From Sporopachydermia quercuum (Eukaryota): a DNA stretch of 64,000 bases. The stretch lies in the NCBI GenBank assembly GCA_001599295.1, contig BCGN01000003.1:1178001-1242000 (forward strand). The letters are read 5' to 3'. Of this stretch, positions 1-13,156 are shown piece after piece. Both the position numbers and the translations under genes were made by a program. The notes beneath the pieces were generated by a model. That model ran no database searches and was not told where the DNA came from. It was given only the letters and a program-made list of their open reading frames with translations. Each line of letters opens with the position of its first letter. Within the stretch, counting starts at the first letter, position 1.

Positions 1-3000
1 TAGCAAACAGTTTTCTGGTAGTAGAATCTTCACCGGTAATAAACAGCCTTGATTCAATGGAATTGAGTCAGAAACCATACATCGCAATGAATATAATATA
101 GCAGAAGATGTAATAGACGTTGGTGCGTTCAAATTACCATATACCTCGGGCCCAGTACCAGTGAAATCAAAAACAGCGTCACCATTTTCACCGTCAATAG
201 TTATTTTCAACTTTATGACTGTTCCATCATCAATACAGTCAGAAGCTTCCAAAGGTTCGCCATCGAATTTCTTATGGAACTGTTTCAAAAGCTTTCTAAC
301 TGTTTCTTCGGCATTATGTTGAATAGCATACATATAATACTGGATTTCAGGCAACCCAAATTCAGCAATAAGCCTTGAAATTAATTGAATTCCTTTAGTA
401 TTAGCAGCTATTTGAGCTTTCAGATCTGATAATGAATCACCAAGACTTCTACTACCAGAACAACCGGGATACTTTGATGGTTCTGTATATAGAAGATCAA
501 TCATTAGATCTTCATCAAAATGACCTTCTTTAACTACCTTAGAACCTAGGATTTGCGCACCTTCTTCCCAAATCTCTTTAGAAAAAGGGGGCATAGAACC
601 CGCTGAAATGCCACCAATGTCTGAATGATGTCCCCTTGATGCCGTCCAGAAAATGATCTCTGTCTCAGAGCCTGGAGCGAAAACTGGGGTTATAACAGTG
701 ATATCTGGCAGATGTGATCCACCACCAGCTGGATGATTCGCAACAATAACATCACCAGGTTTTAAATCGCTGCCCCATTTTTCCTTCTGAAATAATACCG
801 CTGAGCTCATTGACCCTAGATGGATAGGAATGTGAGGAGCATTGGCTACTAATCCACCGTCGGGAGAAAACATTGCGCAGGAGAAATCTAATCTTTCTTT
901 AATATTGGTAGAAATAGCTGTTTGTCTTAATGTTTGACCCATTTGTTCAGCAATTGACATAAATCTATGGGAAAACACTGACAGCTTTATAGGATCAACA
1001 GTTTCCGACACAGCTTCCGAAATTTCCTCTGATATCTTCTCCGGTTTATTTTTCCCCTCAAATGTCTCCAGAATCAACCCCATCTCATTAACGGCAACAG
1101 TGCATTTCCAACCTGGTTCAACAACAATTGTCTGGGTATCATCTAAAATAAGTGCAGGTCCAATAATACAATCACCTTCAGATAAATCAGCTATATTAAA
1201 CGTTTCCGTTTCAACCCAAACTCCAGTATCACTAGACTTATCTTCGAAATAGACTTTCCTGCTACGAATTGATTTGTCTGATGACGTAATCTTTATTTCC
1301 TTAGGAAGATGAACAACAACATCGGAATCCTTGTCGGTATTTGAGTGTAATATTCCTCTTACTCTAACGTCACTGACAATAATATCTCGACTTAGAATAA
1401 ACCCGTATTCTTGTCTGTGCTTTGTAATGAACGACTCTTTAACAGAATTCAATTGTTCGGTTACATCTTCTATTGATTGTTCAGCTAATGGCAAATCACC
1501 AGCATCAAAACGGGTCATTGCCGACGTTTCAGTTCCTTTATAACGTAAATTAAGATATCTTTCAATCCTAATAGTTTCCAGTCCAAAGCTTTGTTCTTTC
1601 AATTGCTTTCTCACTTCTTGCTCTTCAAGTTCAAGTTTTTCTTCTAGTCCTATTAAACTATCCACGTCCAATACGGCTGTTACAGGTTTGCTTCTCTCAG
1701 CAACAATATCAGCTACTGCCATTCCATAAGCCGATAGAATACTAGAGTATTTATGTATAATAATACTACTTATTCCAAGAGCCCTTGCCACTGAACACGC
1801 ATGCTGACCACCAGCACCTCCAAATGATGCTAGTTTATGTCCTGATGCCAAATAGCCTTTACCTTCAGTTAAGCTTCTAATAGGACGACACATTGCTTCG
1901 TTTGCAACTTCTAAAAACCCTAGTGCAACTTCCTGTGGCGATAATGCTTGTAAATTACGTCTGGTTGCATTTATTTCTGCTGTTAGATCAATAAACTTCT
2001 TTTCTACTATGCCAACGTCTAAAGGCTCATTTTCATTGGGACCAAATATGGAAGGGAAAGTTTCTGGAACTAAACGCCCTAGGAATAAATTCGCATCTGT
2101 TACAGCTAAAGGACCTCCTTTTCTATAGCAGGCAGGCCCAGGATTAGCAGAAGCAGATTCTGGTCCAACAACAAATAAACCATTCTTCCAGAACAAAATA
2201 CTACCACCCCCAGCAGCTACTGTGTTTATATCAAGCTGAGGGCTCTGAATTGTTACTTGAGCCGTGGTTGTTTCAAAAATGTGCTCTAAAACACCAGAAT
2301 AACGTGAAACGTCAGTTGAAGTTCCACCCATATCAAATCCCAGTACTGGGAGTTTATCGTTTTCGTCATATGCAGTTTTAGCGTAACCAATAACACCACC
2401 AGCTGGTCCTGAGAGAATAGCTCTTAAGCCTGAAAATTTAGACCACGCAGTTAACCCACCATCAGATTGCATGAATAGTAATTTGGAGCCCACAGCTGAA
2501 AGTCCACCTTTGAATCCTTTTCCAATAGATTCAATATACTTAGTAATGATTGGAGATAAATAAGCATCGGCTGTGGAAGAGTTTGCTCTGCTTACAAGTT
2601 TAATCATCGGTTGGATTTCACAGGAAACTGAGACATCAAATCCTTTCTCTCTTGCTAATTTGGCGATACTTAGCTCATGCTCAGGATATACATAAGAATG
2701 CATTAAGCATATAGCAATTGAACGAATTCCTGACGACCAAATTGATTCTAGACGTTCATCAATCTCATTTAAATCAGGTTTTTTAATCAAGCGTATAACA
2801 TCACCTGATGCTACTTTGATTAAATTGTCAGGATCCTTTGCTAATATACTCTCAATAGGTTCAGGTGTAGGATCCTCAGCAAACGTCTCTATAGTCACCC
2901 TTTCATCTATTTCATAAACAAGCTCGTACAATTTTTCCATTTTAGCAACGGAAAGGTCGAAAATATCTGGTCTTGCTTGTTGTCCAATTAAGAGAATATC

Positions 3001-3604
3001 ACGGAATCCCTTGGTTACTAGAAAAGCTGTTCTAGCACCTTTTCTTTCTAATAAAGCATTAGTAGCAACAGTTGTTCCCATACGAATACTTTCAACTGGT
3101 TCAAGATCAAGTTGTTCACCTCTGGGTATGTTTTTCTTGAAGAAATGAGATAGAACTCTTCTTATACCTTCAGTTGGAGCATCGTTATAATTTGCAGGGT
3201 CAACAGACAGTAATTTAAACACTAGATCTGGTGGATTGTGACTTGGGCAGTGAGCGTAGACATCAGTGAATGTTCCACCTCTGTCTATGAACGAGAGAAA
3301 TATTGTTAGTGAAAAGAAAAGTAGAGAAGACAATTATAGAATTTTTTGGTGCTCGCTTATGATTTGCCATTAGGTTCTTTAATAGAAACTTATAATCCAG
3401 CTATTTGTGATAATGTAGATGTTCTGGCTGCAAAAACTAAGGCAAAAACCTGAAGGTCCAAGCAGAAAATCAGTTTAGATTTACCACTTTTATAGTAATA
3501 ATATTTATTATAAAGTCTTCATTTCTCAATCAACAGCTTCATTCAATTGTTTTGGATCAGCAGCTACAATACGTACCAATTGATATTCTTATCTTGTTCT
3601 CCAT
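1..3604 (-). CDS. OXP1: ATP-dependent 5-oxoprolinase (hydantoinase A/B domains); 3' end runs off window. Exons 3604-3577, 3284-<1
   Basis: Manual translation: MENKIRISI-D-RGGTFTDVYA after splicing intron 3576-3285 (GTACGT...CACTAAC...TAG); GFDMGGTSTDVSRY, TVAAGGGS, GPESASANPGPACY, SFGGAGGQHAC, IKERLDFSCA, YGNLNAP, IPLNQGCL. Absent from ORF track because there is no stop in the window. Confidence 0.96.
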
Positions 3605-5059
3605 GGTTGAACAAGTAGAACTTAATGCTACAGAAATCTGAACTATTTTCCTTTCTCGCAAAATCGGATTTCTTACTTCAAAAAATTGTTTCCAGTATGA
3701 TATTAACAATATTATCAAAAGATCCAAGAAATTGTTGATTCTTCAAATAATTAATTGATTTAAATTGTTCATGATCCGTAATTATCACAGGAGAATTAGA
3801 TGCTTTTGGGATTATAAAGTGGAGATGGGAAAACCGGAAATAATAATTAATGACTACTGTTTCCGAAATACTGAACTTGATTTGATAATGCGGGCCTGAA
3901 TAAGTGGATATAATTTAATGATTAGATGTAGTTCAGTTCGTTCATAAAAACATGGGAGGGGGAGATAACAAAAATTCAGTTGGCAAATTGGATATATAAA
4001 TAGTTTGATCAAACAATTGGAGACCCCTGTAGGTATCAGTTAAAGCCTGGGGCCAACTGATAGTCTGTTATTATGTTTTAACTGTTACTTAGATATCTGT
4101 TCCGATTAGCCTTTTCTGGGTAATTNGTAAGGCACTAATCTTAATTTTAATGACAAGTCCNTGATTCACTAACTTCGGGAGTTTGATAGTTATCAGCCTT
4201 ATATTGATGTATAAATATACTGTGATTGCACAAGCTCAACATAGACCTCAGTGATCTTATTTTGTTTATTGTTTGAGATATCTGCTGTATATGTGGTGAG
4301 AATTGGAACTCAATTGATGGATCATCCCATGATAATGTTTAACTAATCGAATGCGCTCCTATACATTCTGGATTTTTGACTTTATGAAGCATGAATACGA
4401 TGAATGATTACTACTGTCCACAATAATGATTTGCAGTCTTTACTGTTTGATTTTATTAAAATTATCTTGCTGATAGCATCAGATTCTGAACTACGACTAG
4501 CGANGAGGTAATTAAAGTTTGTATCAATGTGTACGTTTAGCGAATGAACGATTCAATCCGATACTCTTTCTTATAACTAATGATATGCTCTTTTTTACTA
4601 TTACCTGATTTGTTTGAAATGCAAATTCTTTTATCCAGAACATGTTTAGGAAATATATATAGTTAAAATCCGCAATACTTCTACTATTCCTCTCTCTTGT
4701 TAGTATACATTCTCACATATTCATACATATTCATGCATGCTCTGCATNACTCAATATCCAAATCATCATTTAATATCACGTCTCATCTCATCTCAGTAGC
4801 TACTATTACCCGTCTACCTAATTTACCTCATTTGTCTAAATATTCGCACCAATCTTCAGTAAACCCNCTTAAGCGAAAGTTTCAGAAACTTCTTTCTGTA
4901 TGCAAAAAAGAAGGAAGACACTTGCCAGAATATCCCCTTTAATAGAGCAAACGATGTATGTGGAGAATTTTGAATTACGTGATTGCTGTTGAGTTTTAAT
5001 GCAATGCTAGTTAATCTGATAGTTCTTTAAGGTGAATATTTTGTTATTGTATCATCAAA

Positions 5060-6020
5060 ATGAATTGGGGTAAGTTCTATCCACGTAGATCAAATATGAA
5101 AAATGAAGAGACTGCGAATGTAAAAGATGGTGTNTGCATTCTATTGTTGATGTTTGATATCAATTTCTTTTTTTAGATTGGGATTGCATGATTTTGAGTA
5201 TTCTGGATATTTGCACTCAGTTTCAAAAATAATAAGTTAGTTGTAACTGCTGGCTTTTAGAATTCTTTACTAACTACTGCCAATCACAGACGACGAAGAA
5301 TTTGAAGTTAAGCCGGCTGATGTTCCTGCCAGTTGGGATGATGATGAAGAAGACGATCAACCAGTTTTAGACTCTTGGGATGTCGATTCTGAAGAAGAAA
5401 GGGAGAAAGAGAAAGTCGCTGCTGCTAAGAAAACNACTGCTAAAACTCCAGCAAAACCAAAGGTAGATCCTAAGAAGAAGAAGACTGAGAAAGTTATAGA
5501 TCCTTTTGATGGGTTAGATCCACGTGAAAGAAAAGAGAAGATGAGACAAATGGAACTAGAAGCTGATTTAAATAATGCTGCTGACTTATTTGGAGGATTG
5601 GGAGTTGCTGAGGGTGGTGATAGTGGTGTTACACAGGTTAAAGTGATAGAAAAGAANATTGATGATTTCGAGTTATTCCATCCAGAATCCAAACAAGATT
5701 ATGAAAAATTGAGAAAAGAACTTGTAAGACTTCTTGTTCCATTATCAAACAATTCAATGCTTAATTACACATCATCTTTAGCTATTGATTTGATTAGAGA
5801 TCTATGTCAACCAATGGCTGAAACAAATGTTCGAAAAGCTATCTCGACATTAACAGTTATTGCTAATGATAAGCAAAAGAAGGAAAGAGCGGAGAGGCTT
5901 GCGAAATCCAAAGGCGCTACTTCTGGTAAGAAGAAGCCTAAAGCTCAAGGTGCTAAGATGACAGGTAAATTCGATGATGATGCTACAAATTATAACGATA
6001 TTGATGATGATGACTTGTAA
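5060..6020 (+). CDS. HCR1: Translation initiation factor eIF3 subunit j; exons 5060-5069, 5290-6020; 246 aa
   Basis: ATG AAT TGG G|GTAAGT...TACTAAC...CAG|AC gives MNWDDEEFEV...[45 protein letters not shown]-terminal DDDDL. Confidence 0.92.
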
Positions 6021-6298
6021 GTATACTATCCTTAATTTAAGTAACAACTGTTACAATATCTATATTTCATTGATAAAACATGTTCCATCGATATGATTAC
6101 TAACAATTAATATACAGAGACTTCATGTAATTTAATCCAGTTGTTATATTTCATTTCTGATTGTATGAAATAGTCTTAATTGAATTTTAATGTCACATAN
6201 CATTACAATTTATTATTATAATAATGTCTTTTCTACTTTTACATTCCATACCATTAATCCTTAATCCCTTTGCCAACAATTTCTTTATATTTCAATAA

Positions 6299-6718
6299 TC
6301 AAAAATCAAGCACCAAAGTACCAGCAATATCAGCTAAATGAGTCGAGTCCAGTACTTGATCATCACCTTGTGCTATTCGCTGTTGATTTGATCTTAGTAT
6401 TGCTTCTCGCGTGAATAATCTCAAATACTNTGAAAAGCTGTCTAGTGCTTCTCTAGAAACTCTTGTTTGCTGTTGATTAACCACCTTCAGTATTCTGCCA
6501 ATTGTAGTTGGATCATATTCCACTTTTTCAGGCTGTGTTACCTCATTATTGCTGTTGCCAGAATTGCTAGCATTGTTCTTACTTGTACTGCTAGTGGTAG
6601 TTCTATCGCCATTATTGGTTTTGTTGATCGTGTCTTCATTCTCTCGTACGCTATTTTCTTCCTCTTCATCCAAAGAAAATGAATCAGACGAAAGAAAGCT
6701 ATAATCCGATTCCTCCAT
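6299..6718 (-). CDS. MHF2: CENP-X/MHF2 histone-fold protein with acidic/Asn-rich N-terminal extension
   Basis: C-terminal PTTIGRIL...TRVSREAL...YLRLFTREAILRS...LADIAGTLVLDF is the CENP-X pattern; first ATG at 6718. Confidence 0.85.
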   Translation of the reverse strand: MEESDYSFLSSDSFSLDEEEENSVRENEDTINKTNNGDRTTTSSTSKNNASNSGNSNNEVTQPEKVEYDPTTIGRILKVVNQQQTRVSREALDSFSXYLRLFTREAILRSNQQRIAQGDDQVLDSTHLADIAGTLVLDF

Positions 6719-7469
6719 TTTCAATCAGCTTTAGACTTCTTGATGTCTTCGTAGCAAAAGCAGCAAAATATTAATCGCGGAGATAAAATTATTAGTTGGA
6801 TAGAATTGCAGTCAATTGAATTACTAAAGTGAATGATCCATCAATGATTTATATTATTAACAGACACTGCAATGGCACTCATTCAAGCTCATTATAATCA
6901 GTTAATCTATTAGAAGTTCAATCCATGCAGNTAAATATGATATATTGTTCTTTAGTCTTGTGGATATAATAGAAGAAGAGTGCATAATATTCATTCATTA
7001 GTTCATTACTTCTTTGAGATGGAAATAAATACAAGGCTCCGTCGTATACCGGTATTGTGTAAAATAATCATATTCCAAAATGAGACCTCAAGTTCACTNA
7101 TTGGCTGAGCTGGATATTTCCATGAAGTGAACTATTGATATTTACGCTCTTTTGTTTAATAAATAATAATAATTAATATTATACAATGCTCCAGGATTCT
7201 ACTATTTTATTATACACGCCACTATATGTTAATTGATCAAAAAGTAGTCGAATGCTCTTGAGTGTATGNTATGATGCTATGCCATATCTATCAGTTCCAT
7301 CATATGAACCATTCTGAATAGGTTCTTTTTTTATTAAATGTTCTCGAGGTTCTGCCAAACAGTTGAAAACATTGTTGTTTCTTCAGTTTTAATTATTTAA
7401 TATAATGTCCTTTAATGTCGATGCTGTTATACCAATCAATATATCTTATACTCTGCTAAGTAAGCTTTC

Positions 7470-9113
7470 TTAGGTTGCANTTTCTAAGTTCTTACCTTCA
7501 TAAGGATCAAAAACACCAATGATCCAAAATCCAATGGTGATATTCTGTTCATCTTTTCTTAAAGTTGAAAAACTGATAAAAAATGGTATTTCAATCAATT
7601 TGTCAAATCTAGACTGAAATAAATCATTCTCTGTTGCTTTGCTTTCATTCGAAACTATGCCTATTTCAACCCCAATTCTTGCCCATCCAGGTCCGGTTTC
7701 CAAAGGTCTTCCTTCAAACTTCTTATTTGTAGTACTACCTTTCCTAGTAAATATCTCGGCTCGTATCTCTTTGTTATCACCGATCAATAAGTCTGTCGGT
7801 GATGACTTTATCATGATTCTTTCACTGGGCATTGATGGTTCGTCCAGTTTGGGGTCGAGTTGGAAAGAAGAACAGGGAATTCTTACTCGACATTTTAGTT
7901 TCCCTATAGATGTACTGTGAGTNGAGACAGATATTTGAATAGGCTCTTCCAGTGAATTGTAAAAAACCATTGAAGGTTTCAGTAGTGTCTTTGTTACGTC
8001 AAAAGATGAACCAATAACTTCAATAGAGGGTATGAATGTTCTTGCCATTGATTTCACCTTGTAGGAGGTTGATTTGGGGTTGGATTTAGGATGTATTAAT
8101 ATCTCACGACAGGCTCTGCATCTCTTGGTAGCTTTGGTTCTTAGTTTAACAGCCACTGGTAATAAATCAGCAAAATGATCAGATGCAAGCCTTTGATCCA
8201 GTCGAAATTCTAGACCGGTATAGTTAGTATTTATTTTAATATCAGTAAATACATCTGAAAGATGGTTATTATTCGAATTGTTATGTCCAATCAAAGTGAT
8301 CATACCTTTGTCATTATCCAATTCCTTAAGCCTTTCCTCAACTGCTTGCTGATCTGCTTTAGTAGATATCTGTACTGGTTTTACTAAAGTTTTTTCGCTA
8401 TAAAAGACACTACTGTTTGCCAATAAATCAGCACTTCCTTTCATTCCAGTACTTATCTTTGAGAGTTTTCTACTTTTTTCTAGCCTCCGTTTCATAATCT
8501 CAAACGCTGTTTGCTCTGAGTAGTTAGTTGAGGATTTATCATGCGTTAATGTAGTGTATGTATTGGGAGTGTGCTTCGTGAAATCTTTCTTCAAGTAAAG
8601 ATTTTTAAGATCTTCAAATAAATCGCTCCTATCCGCCACTTTTGCTGTCAGATATTTAATCAGGCTTTTATTGCTGCTCACATTCTCATCCTGATCCATC
8701 TCAAAATGCCATGAGCATCTACAGCAACTCATAAAGAGTTTCTCATGTTCAAATTTCGATTTAACATGAGAATGGCAAATTGGGCATTGGAAACAGTTTC
8801 TGGTACACCTTCCACTATAACTCAGTTTATTTCCAGGTTCATAGTAACATATGGGACAGTAAGCACATATTACTTCATTCTCCACACATTTGGGGCACCT
8901 GATAGACATACATCCGTTACAGAAATACAAGTAGCTCAAGGCATGAACTGTCATGGGATCGTCAATCAACGTTTTTGGTGTATCCAATTTAATATTTCCT
9001 GTAATAATACCAGATTTTTCTGTATTTCCCAAATTCCCATCAGCATTTTCGTTTGATTCTCCATCGTTGAGATTCTCTGAACATGGGCAGAAGTACACCA
9101 CATGGCTATTCAT
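7470..9113 (-). CDS. Dynactin p62 subunit (DCTN4/ropy-2 family)
   Basis: LYFCNGCMSIRCPKCV, YCPIC, RCTRNCFQCPIC, CCRCSW and LLPVAVKLRTKATKRCRACREIL...YKVKSMARTFIP match Dynactin_p62; first ATG at 9113. Confidence 0.88.
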   Translation of the reverse strand: MNSHVVYFCPCSENLNDGESNENADGNLGNTEKSGIITGNIKLDTPKTLIDDPMTVHALSYLYFCNGCMSIRCPKCVENEVICAYCPICYYEPGNKLSYSGRCTRNCFQCPICHSHVKSKFEHEKLFMSCCRCSWHFEMDQDENVSSNKSLIKYLTAKVADRSDLFEDLKNLYLKKDFTKHTPNTYTTLTHDKSSTNYSEQTAFEIMKRRLEKSRKLSKISTGMKGSADLLANSSVFYSEKTLVKPVQISTKADQQAVEERLKELDNDKGMITLIGHNNSNNNHLSDVFTDIKINTNYTGLEFRLDQRLASDHFADLLPVAVKLRTKATKRCRACREILIHPKSNPKSTSYKVKSMARTFIPSIEVIGSSFDVTKTLLKPSMVFYNSLEEPIQISVXTHSTSIGKLKCRVRIPCSSFQLDPKLDEPSMPSERIMIKSSPTDLLIGDNKEIRAEIFTRKGSTTNKKFEGRPLETGPGWARIGVEIGIVSNESKATENDLFQSRFDKLIEIPFFISFSTLRKDEQNITIGFWIIGVFDPYEGKNLEXAT

Positions 9114-10047
9114 TCTTGCATAGGTCAATCCAGATTCACTTTCATTTCACTACTTGAACTCATTAGCACTCAACATTCAACAAACGAGACAGAAATAGAA
9201 TGTAAACAAAAACACATCAAGCATATATAGTCATTCCTATATTCATGAATGAAGAAACAATCAATCTTCCTCGTACATTTCATCTTTTCGTCAACCGTTG
9301 ATTCCTTTGCTTCTTTCCCCATTGCTTATCGACTGAAACTGAACCGTAGATAGGAGGTAGTTGGGAGGATAATTCACAGGAGGAGACGCGAGGTGTGTCT
9401 AGTCGGATTTAAGATGTTCAATAGTTTCACTAAATAGGAAGTAGGATACTGAATAGGACATACTAAGCACCTTCCCTTATAAGCAATCCTTCCTCTCTTA
9501 AGTAATCTACACATAACAATATCAATTCAATTATTCATTTCAATATATGCCTGAACAGTTTGTAACTGGGCAAGAACAATAGGATTGATGGTACGGTGCG
9601 ATTGTTAGACTNATTGATTGAATATGGGCATTATTATCACGTTAATATAATCTCAATAGGATACAAATATAAGAAGTGGAGTGCGAAATACTGCTGATGG
9701 TAATTTGTAGTATTAGGACAAATGATATAGTAGGAATCAGTTTCTGACAACTGTCGCTCTCCCTCTATTGATGATAAAAGCAAATAGTATTCAGAAGGAA
9801 GATAAGCAGCTGAATTTATAAGGCTGTCATCAGGAGAAGGAGAATCAATCAGTAAAAAAAAGTAAGGAGAAAGGTTTGCAGCTGATGATTATTTGACAGT
9901 TATATGCGAACGAAGAACCAATTAAAAAGAACTAATATGGTGAATGTTCATGGTCAATTAATTGAGTTAATTGAGCAAGAAAATAAGGTAAATCACCGTT
10001 GATCACCGTTGAGTGATCAAAAGACTGATAAAAACAAATATATAACA

Positions 10048-12504
10048 ATGAGAGGTCACATTAGTTGTAAGTATAATATATACCAAATTTCTGAGGATGA
10101 GAAGGATATTTTCTAGGCAACACTTGGCTTATTCAATTGCTTCCTTTCCTTATGTATTGTCACATACATACTAAACATACTGTTATTAACAGACCAACAA
10201 GTCAAGCCCTTAGTAGTGGTCCTTTTATTATGCTTACAAATAGTATCAACAGTTGCAATTAGTGTAAATTCAACTGCTCGGGTGACAGGGGAACAATATT
10301 ATATTAAGGGAGAGGAAACGTTAAACAGAATCAAAGTATATGATATAAACAACATTATATTAGATGATCTGAGATCACCAGACAACTTACTATTCCACTA
10401 TAAACTACAGAAAGTCCCAATAGATTATCCATCATATTCACCAATACAATATGTAACAAGTAATGAAATGCTCAAAATTTACCAGAGTGCCATTGAGCTT
10501 TTAGAGGAATCCTCTTTGTATGGAAATGTGAAAGCTAGGTACTTGCTAGCTGAACTAGCAATGTATGGTAATTTCACAAACAAAATCAATTTCAAAAGAG
10601 CTTTCATATACTATCAGCAACTATCTGAAATAACTGACGATCGTTTGTTAGAAGAAGAAGAAAGAAAACTAATAGGAGAAGCTAATTTTATGCTTGGATT
10701 TATTTATTCATCTGGGCTATTTGGAGAACTGATAGTAGACCAGCAGAAGGCGTTATTATACTATGAACAAGCAGGACGACTTGGTAACCTAAAGGCAAAA
10801 ATGGTGCTAGGTTACAGACATCTTAATGGAATATCTGTTAGAAGGGACTTAAACACAGCTCTTCAGTATTATAAGTCTATTGCTGATAGTGCTATTCAAT
10901 ATGCTGAAGAAGGGCCTATTGGTGGGAAGACTATTTATCCATTATCCGTTAGAATTGGTGATTTCTATGGTGGATTTTTTGGTGAAAGAACAACGGTCCT
11001 AAAAAATACCTTATCAAGTTTTAGTTCTGCTGATAATTGGAGACTCTTTGCTTCAGATTTATCAGAAGAAGGAAACGTCGTTCGCAGTTATGAATTAGCG
11101 GTATTATATTATACTGGCCATAAATTCTTGGAGCAGAATTTCGAATTGGCACTTGAAAACGCATTAGAATGTTATGAAAGTGTCTACTATACTCTTGATG
11201 AGTTTGGAAATGAAAGGCCAAGAGCTGGTGTTCATGAGAGTGAGAAAACCATTGCTCAGCAATGTGCTGGGCTTATATCCTTAATGTTATTAAGACATGA
11301 AGGAGAACCATCTGCTGCTTTAAATGATGTGGAATACTGGGTTAAAGCGGGTGGTAACTCTTCTGATGCTTTCTATACAAAAGGTTTAATGTATGAATAT
11401 GGACTTTATGATAGAAACGTTGTTAATTTTAAGGACTATCGGATTCTTGATAATGTATCAGTACCTGAGATTCGTTATGACGTCATTAGAGCAAAAGACA
11501 TTGACGCNGCGAAGACATATTATAAACTAGCACTTGACACTAATCGTCACAGAGAAGCTTCATATAGATATATCAGACTACAAGTGCTTACTACTCCACC
11601 AAATGAACCAAATTTTCTGACGAATTATGTATATAGCCACATGCTGTATTGGCANTTTGAAGATTTTAGATCGGGATATTATTATTCAATTGCTAATGAA
11701 CAACGATATCAAAATCCCAGTGATGAAGAGCTTCTTAATATTGTTTCAATGTACAAGATATTAGCTGATAGCGTTGAGCCATTGTTAACTTCATTGAAAT
11801 GGTCTTTAAGAATGTATCAGATGGGCCATACAGATTTGTCGTTATTAGGATATNCAATGGCCGCTGAACAAGGAATTGAGACAGCCCAGTCATCAGCTGG
11901 GTATATTTTAGCAAAACAAGCTACTCAGATAGAAGACACATTTCCTGATAACATTGCTAGAGCTAGAAGTGCTTTGGTATACACTTCGCGATCAGCAAAG
12001 CAAAACAATATGGACTCAACAGCAGCTTTAGCTGACATATATTACTCAGGGTTGAAAACTGAAGATTATGACTTAGATCCAAATATTCAAGCGTATTCTA
12101 AAGCGGCAGTGTGTTTTGAAACCATAGTCACAGCAGCAAGCGGATTCCCTGCTTGGTCCCTTGGGTGGATGTATGAGTTTGGTATAGGTGTACCTCAAGA
12201 TGAACATTTAGCTAAAAGATTCTATGATTTAGCTGTACTAAATAATCATAAAGCAAAGATTGCCGTTGGCCTTTCAATAGCAAGAATGAGACTTCGTTCG
12301 TGGGGTGAGAAATGGTTAGGAGTTGAAATCACCAGTAATATAGAAACAAGGATAGCAAATACCAAAGTATTTTTCAGTGCTGTTGCAGAAGTGCTTGATA
12401 TAATTCTGATTTGGTTCTATGAATACTTTGATGGTAGAATTATTTGGGTTATTATTCTTTTGTCCTTCACTTTTTTGAAGTATTCTCGGAATAGAAGAGA
12501 ATGA
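10048..12504 (+). CDS. HRD3: SEL1-repeat ERAD subunit Hrd3/SEL1L; exons 10048-10066, 10193-12504; 776 aa
   Basis: Splicing (GTAAGT...TTAACAG) restores a signal peptide MRGHISYQQVKPLVVVLLLCLQ; SEL1 repeats (ANFMLGFIYSSG, AKMVLGYRHLNG, MAAEQGIETAQ, WSLGWMYEFGIGVPQDEHLAKRFYD); C-terminal TM helix. Confidence 0.9.
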
Positions 12505-12675
12505 NCTGCATGCGAAATTGCTGTTGGATATATCAGCAACTGATTGTTGTGTGGTACAACTAAAACAAACAATTCAGCATTGATTGAGATACTGTTGACA
12601 CCTGCATGGTATAAAATTGTTAGAGGAATATCTTATTGCCTCATCAATTAAAGACGATGCAATTGACCAATTGCA

Positions 12676-13156
12676 TTAAGATTTTGTTTCTAGCTTACTC
12701 AGATAAGCATCAAGTCTATCAATTGGCAATGATTTACTTCTTTCTTCTGATATTTCAAACGAAACAATATTTATTGCCATAATGACCTTAAAGTTCACCT
12801 AAAGTATAAATGGTTAGATTCAATTGAGAGGTGTTCCTTTGATTAATCTAGAGGTTATATGTCTATTCAATTCTCATAGTTCGTAGTTCCTAGCTTATAA
12901 CAATTCTCTCATAGCAATTACTTACATTAGATGTTTGTCTCCCTGACCGATAAGCATTTGATGTTATTGACGAAAGAAACAACTCTTCGTTTTCAACATT
13001 ATATATTATAACATTTTTTGAAATAGGATCAATGTTGTATAAGTAGCCAATAGTCTCTTCCAAGTCTTCAGAGTTGCTTGTTTTGTACTGGATTGTTGCT
13101 AATGATCCTCTTGCTACTTCAATGGCATGTGGGGAAAGGCTGTTTAAGGTCTCCAT
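12676..13156 (-). CDS. Small Sm/LSm-fold protein, Gemin6-like; exons 13156-12926, 12798-12676; 117 aa
   Basis: Exon 1 has Sm1-like GYLYNIDPISKNVII; intron 12925-12799 (GTAAGT...TCTAAC...TTTAG, phase 0) joins exon 2 VNFKVIMAINIVSFEI (Sm2-like) ending TAA at 12678-12676. Confidence 0.7.
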
